Shown piece after piece: positions 59,401 to 64,000 of a stretch of 64,000 nucleotides of DNA. The notes under the pieces are model-generated. The model saw only the letters and a program-made list of their open reading frames with translations. It searched no databases and was not told where the DNA came from. This DNA is from Zygnema circumcarinatum SAG 698-1b. Lineage: Eukaryota > Plantae > Zygnematophyceae. The stretch's first letter is position 1; every line of letters starts with the position of its first letter. The stretch lies in NCBI GenBank assembly GCA_037447605.1, contig CM074804.1, positions 3,883,909-3,947,908 on the forward strand, given 5' to 3'. The position numbers and the translations under genes are program-made.

Positions 59401-59930
59401 CCGAGGGAACACAACAAGATAGGAAGGTGTCGGGTTTTGAAGGGCCGTATAGAAAACATGGTCAAGGTACGACTGTAAAAGGAAGTACCAAAATTTCTCA
59501 CAATCAGGAACAGGCTGAAACCCCTAAAAATTTTGGTGGCGATGGAGAGCAGGATTATAAAGACGAATGTGCGGATTCTCTACTTGATGTCTTCTTTCCG
59601 AGCTTCAAACTTAACTCACAATCGCAGGCAACCCTTCCAACAACTTCTTTGAGTCTGGAAGGCGGCAAAGAGGTAGACAGTTGTACTGTCCGGCAAACTG
59701 AACGGAGAGCTAATGATCCGTGCTCGGCCGACTTTATCCTTCCCGTTGGCGAGCGAGTGCAGGAGGGAGGTCCGGAAGCTTCTGGAAGCCCACAAAGTCG
59801 TGCAGAAAGGAATGAATCGAGAGGCGACGGAACCGAATGGCGGAAGTCTCTAAGTGTTGAAGGTCAGCCTGGGGTTAAGATGAAAGTGAGCTACAGAGAC
59901 CTTGTTACGAAGCTGCTGCAGCTGGAGTAG
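47411..59930 (+). CDS. LIG4: DNA ligase IV (NHEJ), multi-exon, with two BRCT domains and a plant-type C-terminal extension
   Basis: DBD: LRLILPQLDRERGSYGLKE, EMKWIAMIILK. Active site EVKFDGDRIQLHKNG. Also CILDGE, FDILY, EGIMVKDLDSKWDPGDRSGKWLKLKPDY, SLRFPRIEKIRYDKPWHDCL, IDEFGDSYFEDV, BRCT LVSHGWLEDCV. Terminal KVSYRDLVTKLLQLE* resembles the Arabidopsis LIG4 C-terminal motif. Confidence 0.96.
47783..50074 (+). repeat. ~2.3-kb telomere-variant tandem array (TTCAGGG)n filling LIG4 intron 1
   Basis: 7-bp unit GGGTTCA dominates, with GGGTTTA, GGGTTCG, GGGCTCA, GGGATCA and GGGTTA variants. Intron 1 is 47759-50112. Confidence 0.97.
57630..58445 (-). repeat. Highly degenerate telomere-like (ACCCTAA) tract in a LIG4 intron upstream of the second BRCT exon
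   Basis: Dozens of accct/ccctaa/cctaa motifs with irregular spacers. Confidence 0.7.
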
Positions 59931-60903
59931 TGGTTTCAGGATTTCGGGCTTATCAAGGGGAAGATAATGAGTGTTGTCGGGGTTCCGGTTTACAGAATTT
60001 AACAACAACTTGCTGAGCATGTCAATCACTGATCAGGAGGTTTAGAGCTGATAGAAACTCGAGGATTTTGTGGAGTGTCCTTTTGTGTGTACATTTTGTA
60101 CAGAAGTTGATCGCTAGTTTCCGCCTCTCTGTTTTTTGGAGCCAGATTAAGCGCGGAAAATTGCGGTGCTTGTGACATCTGAAGGTGATGTCACATAGCC
60201 GTAGGGTGTTTGTCTTCGCTGCCATCATGGTTGGGAGTCCGTTGTCAAAAAAGCTTGCGATGAAACGACGGCGTCATGTGACGTGTGCTCTGCTCTAACG
60301 CAGCCTAGCGGTGTTGTGCCTTGTGCCTTTGTGTGCTGAAAGTCTGCTAGAAATATGAAAAAGAATTTTGCTGTGGAGAATCCAATGTTGGCTATGTAAT
60401 AACTATGGTCAGGTAATGGAGAGACGAACGTCTCATGTCCATCCCAAAAGCATGCACGTTGAGAGAGCTCGTCTGAACTAAAAGTGTCGCCAATGTGTAT
60501 CAACCCCACATTTAGCCGTAGCTATGATACCGACTTGTCGATCTGCTCCATGCTTTTGTCCTCCGACCATTGTCAAAGCTTTGTGTCTTGATAACTTAAA
60601 ATTGAAATTTTGAGGCACTTAAATATCGCACACGCTATTATCACATTGTGTTGTCTCGTTGTGTTACGACCATGGAGAGTACACCTCTTGTTGCCTTCGT
60701 ACAAGTTCATTTCAAGTTCGGCTTCAGAAGCAAAAGGAAAAGGCGGGAATCGTTAGCGTTCACACGTGCCACGAATGGGGAAACATTGTACACATGCGCT
60801 ATTTGTGCAAAATGGTTGTTCGTTGAAATATCTGTTCCTGTACCGATACGTCGCACAAAAGAACCAGACGAGATAAATGTGGGGAGGGCATCTGAAGCAG
60901 ACC

Positions 60904-61888
60904 CTAGACGACCTCCTCTTCCGTCTTTGGCCTCTTCGCCGATACTGGCGACTGGTCTTGCTCCTCTGGTTGGACGGTACCTTTGACCTTAGGAAGGACG
61001 AGCTGTCCCAAAATGCGAAGGGCCATTTTCGCGAGTGGAACAGAAGCAGACGCTGCTGAGGCTGATGAAGATGGTGGCGCGGAATCATCAGGCCGGTTCT
61101 CAAGAGGTGCAGACAGTGCAATTTGCAATGTCGATTGTTGATCTGGACTTGGAACTGGAGAGATCGCCCTCTTTTTCGATGGCGATGACGAGCTCTGCAG
61201 TTTGAAATGCCATAATACCTTGCTCAACATCATGTGTTGTAGAACTAAGGACAAGAATGAAGAAGTTGCGAATGCATGCAGTGAGTCAATGTCGCATACG
61301 TCTTTTCCCGTGCTTACCCTTCAGCAAGATCAACAGCAATAGCAGCAAAGGCACTTGATTTGGCGCAATACCTAATAGGAAAGCGATGGTTTTTCTTAAA
61401 ACTGGAATCTCAGCTTGCGCTGATAGGTTTACCTTTCCCAGTGCATGCTTGGGAGTATCTTGTTTCGATTCACTCTCCTCGATTTTTGAAAATGGACGAT
61501 TTTGCTGAACGAACATATTCTCCTGCTTATCTCCTTGACGATCTTGAGGATGCAGTCCTGTCCACAGCGACTGCTGCATGGCCTCCATATCATCCAAATC
61601 TGCCTTCAAAGTGCGCAATTTACTTGTTTCATCGTGCAGGAGACGCAATTCGCGTTTCAAAACTTCCCGCTCGATTTTATGAAGGTTGAAGTCCGCCCGC
61701 GCGTCCTGCAAAACGAAGATCGAAAGTAGACAAGAGGAAATGCGACAAGAGAAGAGTGACAGCAGGATTACATCTGTCGGCATGAAGGTCAAGACATGGA
61801 GTCGCACAATCACGGGCATGCCGTATGGTAGTGCGACAGTGAGAATGCAAGCTTCCGCAGACATATAGAAAGAGAGAGTGAGATAGAT

Positions 61889-61922
<34 letters not shown>

Positions 61923-62639
61923 TGCAGCTGCCTATTTTTACATCCTTGCATGGCACTGCATGCATGTGCTCCGGAAGAAACGCCTTTAGGATGCTTATAG
62001 CACCCAAAATTACTTGAGCAAGGAAAGAAAAATGAGCGTAATGGATGCAGGATCATCATTCCCGATGCATCAAGTGGCCAATTTTTATGCTTCTTCACCT
62101 TGAAAACGATTACAAATACAAGCTAAATGTCCCCTAAGTACAAGCACTTACCGATCATCAAGTGGCCTTGTATTGAATTTATTTATTCATTTACTAACTA
62201 GAATTGCACTCACGTGAATAAGTTCGGTGGTGCGAGCGGCTTCTTCCGCGAGAAGTTTCCTTTCATTTCCGACTCTCAGCCTGTCAGCTTTCAGCTCATT
62301 CCTCTCATCTTCTATCTTCAGCCTCTCAGATTTTAGCTCCTCTTTGGCGGAAACTACTGTTTCCGTCTCCCTCTGCAAGACCTTTGACCAATATTGAAGA
62401 ATTCCCTCAGATTCATCGGCTTCAACTTTCGGTAAAAATCTTTCTCCAAAGTAGCGAATAACTGCCGTTGTCTCCATCATCAGCTCCATTTCTTGATCGA
62501 TGAGTGGAACATCGTGAAAGTTGTCTCCACCAAGCTTCCGCATAGAATCAATATCATCTCTGGCCCGCCGCAGCTCCATCTGCAGGCAGTGTAGGTACCA
62601 TCTCGCCTTCCTCTCGCCTGGTCCTCCGGGAGCAGTCAT
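60904..62639 (-). CDS. Uncharacterised coiled-coil protein (at least 3 exons; start uncertain)
   Basis: Exon ...MELRRARDDIDSMRK...AKEELKSERLKIEDERNELKADRLRVGNERKLLAEEAARTTELIH|gt, then DARADFNLHKIEREVLKRELRLL..., then a final exon after a strong polypyrimidine acceptor ending SAKRPKTEEEVV*. Phases are consistent. Confidence 0.6.
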
Positions 62640-62929
62640 TCAGTCTTCTGCACTTCCAATCACAGATCCACTCCTCTCCCCTCCACGCTCCTCCTCCTCC
62701 TCTGCCTTATCCCTCTCTCCACCACTCCTTCCTGCATGTGTCTCCCTCCCTCTCCTCCCTCTTCTCCCTCCCTCCCTCCCTCCCTTCCTCCCTCCCTCCT
62801 CCCCGGCCACCAGCTGCAACCCGCCGTCCATTGCAGGGCCTGCCCAAAAAGTGGTGCACCGCCGTCCTTGCAGCCACTCACCGCCCGCCACGTCATCACC
62901 GCTCGCCCGCCTGCCGAGTCGTACGGTCA

Positions 62930-63050
62930 GCGCGAGCCTCCGCAATTGAGTTACAGTACAGTACAGTACAGTACAGTACTGTACTGTAGCGCGCGGACGG
63001 AAGGAGCCGTACGACCTACATGTACGGCAATGTACGGCCATGTACGGCCG
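62930..63050. promoter_or_regulatory. GTAC-rich putative promoter element upstream of the coiled-coil gene
   Basis: TACAGTACAGTACAGTACAGTACAGTACTGTACTGTA plus three ATGTACGGC repeats. Confidence 0.45.
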
Positions 63051-63094
63051 CCTGCAGGGCCAGCCGGACAGGACGGGCCGCTGCTTCGGACGCG

Positions 63095-63355
63095 CGCCGC
63101 CCTCCCTCCCTCTCTCCCTCTCCCACCCTCCCTCCTACCCTCCCACCCTCCCTCCCTCCCTCTCTCCCGCCCTCACTCTCGCCCTCCCGCCCTCCCTCCC
63201 TTCCTCCCTCCCTCTCTCCCTCCCTCCCTCCCGCCTTCCCGCCCTCCCGCCCTCCCTCCCTCCCTCTCTCCTGCTCTCCCTCCCTCTCTCCTACCCTCAT
63301 TCCGGCCCTCCCGCCCTCCCTCCCTCCCTTCCTCCCTCCCCCCCTCCCTCTCGCT
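63095..63355. repeat. (CCCT)n low-complexity tract
   Basis: Runs of ccct/ctccc. Confidence 0.85.
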
Positions 63356-64000
63356 GCCTCGGCCTGCTTCGCTTGGCAGGCGCGAGCCCGGCAGCCAGGT
63401 GGAGCGAGCCAATGCCATTTTTTTCAATTCCAGTGAGTGCATGAAGACTTATTCTGAATGGGCCTCCGCGGCCCTTTTGCGTCATGCCAGCGTCGGCCAA
63501 CACAGCGCAGGCGCTCGCCATAAGGGAAGGGTCAGAGATGCTTAGTGCCCAATATGCGTGATTTTGTTGTCAACACGTTCTTGCAAAGCACGTGCCATTT
63601 ACTATTACATTGTACCGTTTCAAGTTCACAACCTTCACTTCATATCGACAGCGCATGCCCGGCCCGCTGTTGGGGACTGTCCCGATGGCCTTCCGGCCCT
63701 CCCCTCCCTTCACGCGACGTGCCCCAAAAATCATGTGGAAACCTCTGAATTCATTTGAGAACTTCTGAAAACTATTGCAGTCATTGAGAACTATTGAACT
63801 GCGGTAGTGCAAACATCGCAGGGCATGGAAGAATCGAAGGAGAGGAGAGGAGTGATGGTGATTTGTCATACGGAGCACTCGCTCGCTGCTGCCGGATCGC
63901 GATTTGAAAGGACAAACTCAGTAGCAATAAACCCACTATAAATAACACAAAAAGCTGAAATTTTTAGCATGAAGTTGCTTGAGAATCTCAAGCTCCTTCT

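Noticed and set aside
59046-59930. Long low-complexity final exon of LIG4 as a novel domain
   Set aside because: Plant LIG4 proteins are known to have a poorly conserved C-terminal extension ending in a KVSYRD-like motif, as seen here.

Overview
Gene-dense eukaryotic nuclear DNA with many GT-AG introns. The gene set (CLB1/SYT7-type synaptotagmin, PNET2/NEMP, plant-type LIG4 C-terminus, algal-type HSP33) points to a non-seed streptophyte, most likely a charophyte/zygnematophyte alga; this is inference. Genes in order: an unresolved minus-strand gene (<1.5 kb), PNET2/NEMP (-), a G-patch protein (+, three partial copies), CLB1/SYT7 (+), VPS53 (-), HSP33 (+), GFA2-like DnaJ (-), a conserved uncharacterised membrane protein (-), a ~980-aa FYVE-SAM-coiled-coil-PH protein (-), DNA ligase IV (+) and an orphan coiled-coil gene (-). 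Five 10-N gaps occur, and four of them separate duplicated segments (5.6-13.0 kb), probably assembly or haplotype redundancy. Most notable: (1) the FYVE-SAM-CC-PH architecture; (2) two non-autonomous DNA transposons in promoter regions, a Tc1/mariner-type and an Ac/Ds-like hAT-type; (3) GTAC/CGTA clusters at most gene starts, including TA-CAG/TA-CTG arrays resembling serial Tc1/mariner excision footprints; (4) a 2.3-kb (TTCAGGG)n telomere-variant array filling LIG4 intron 1, with opposite-strand telomere-like repeats upstream of exon 1. No rRNA, tRNA, CRISPR array or transposase was recognised. Gene identities come from my recognition of motifs in manual translations, not from database searches.
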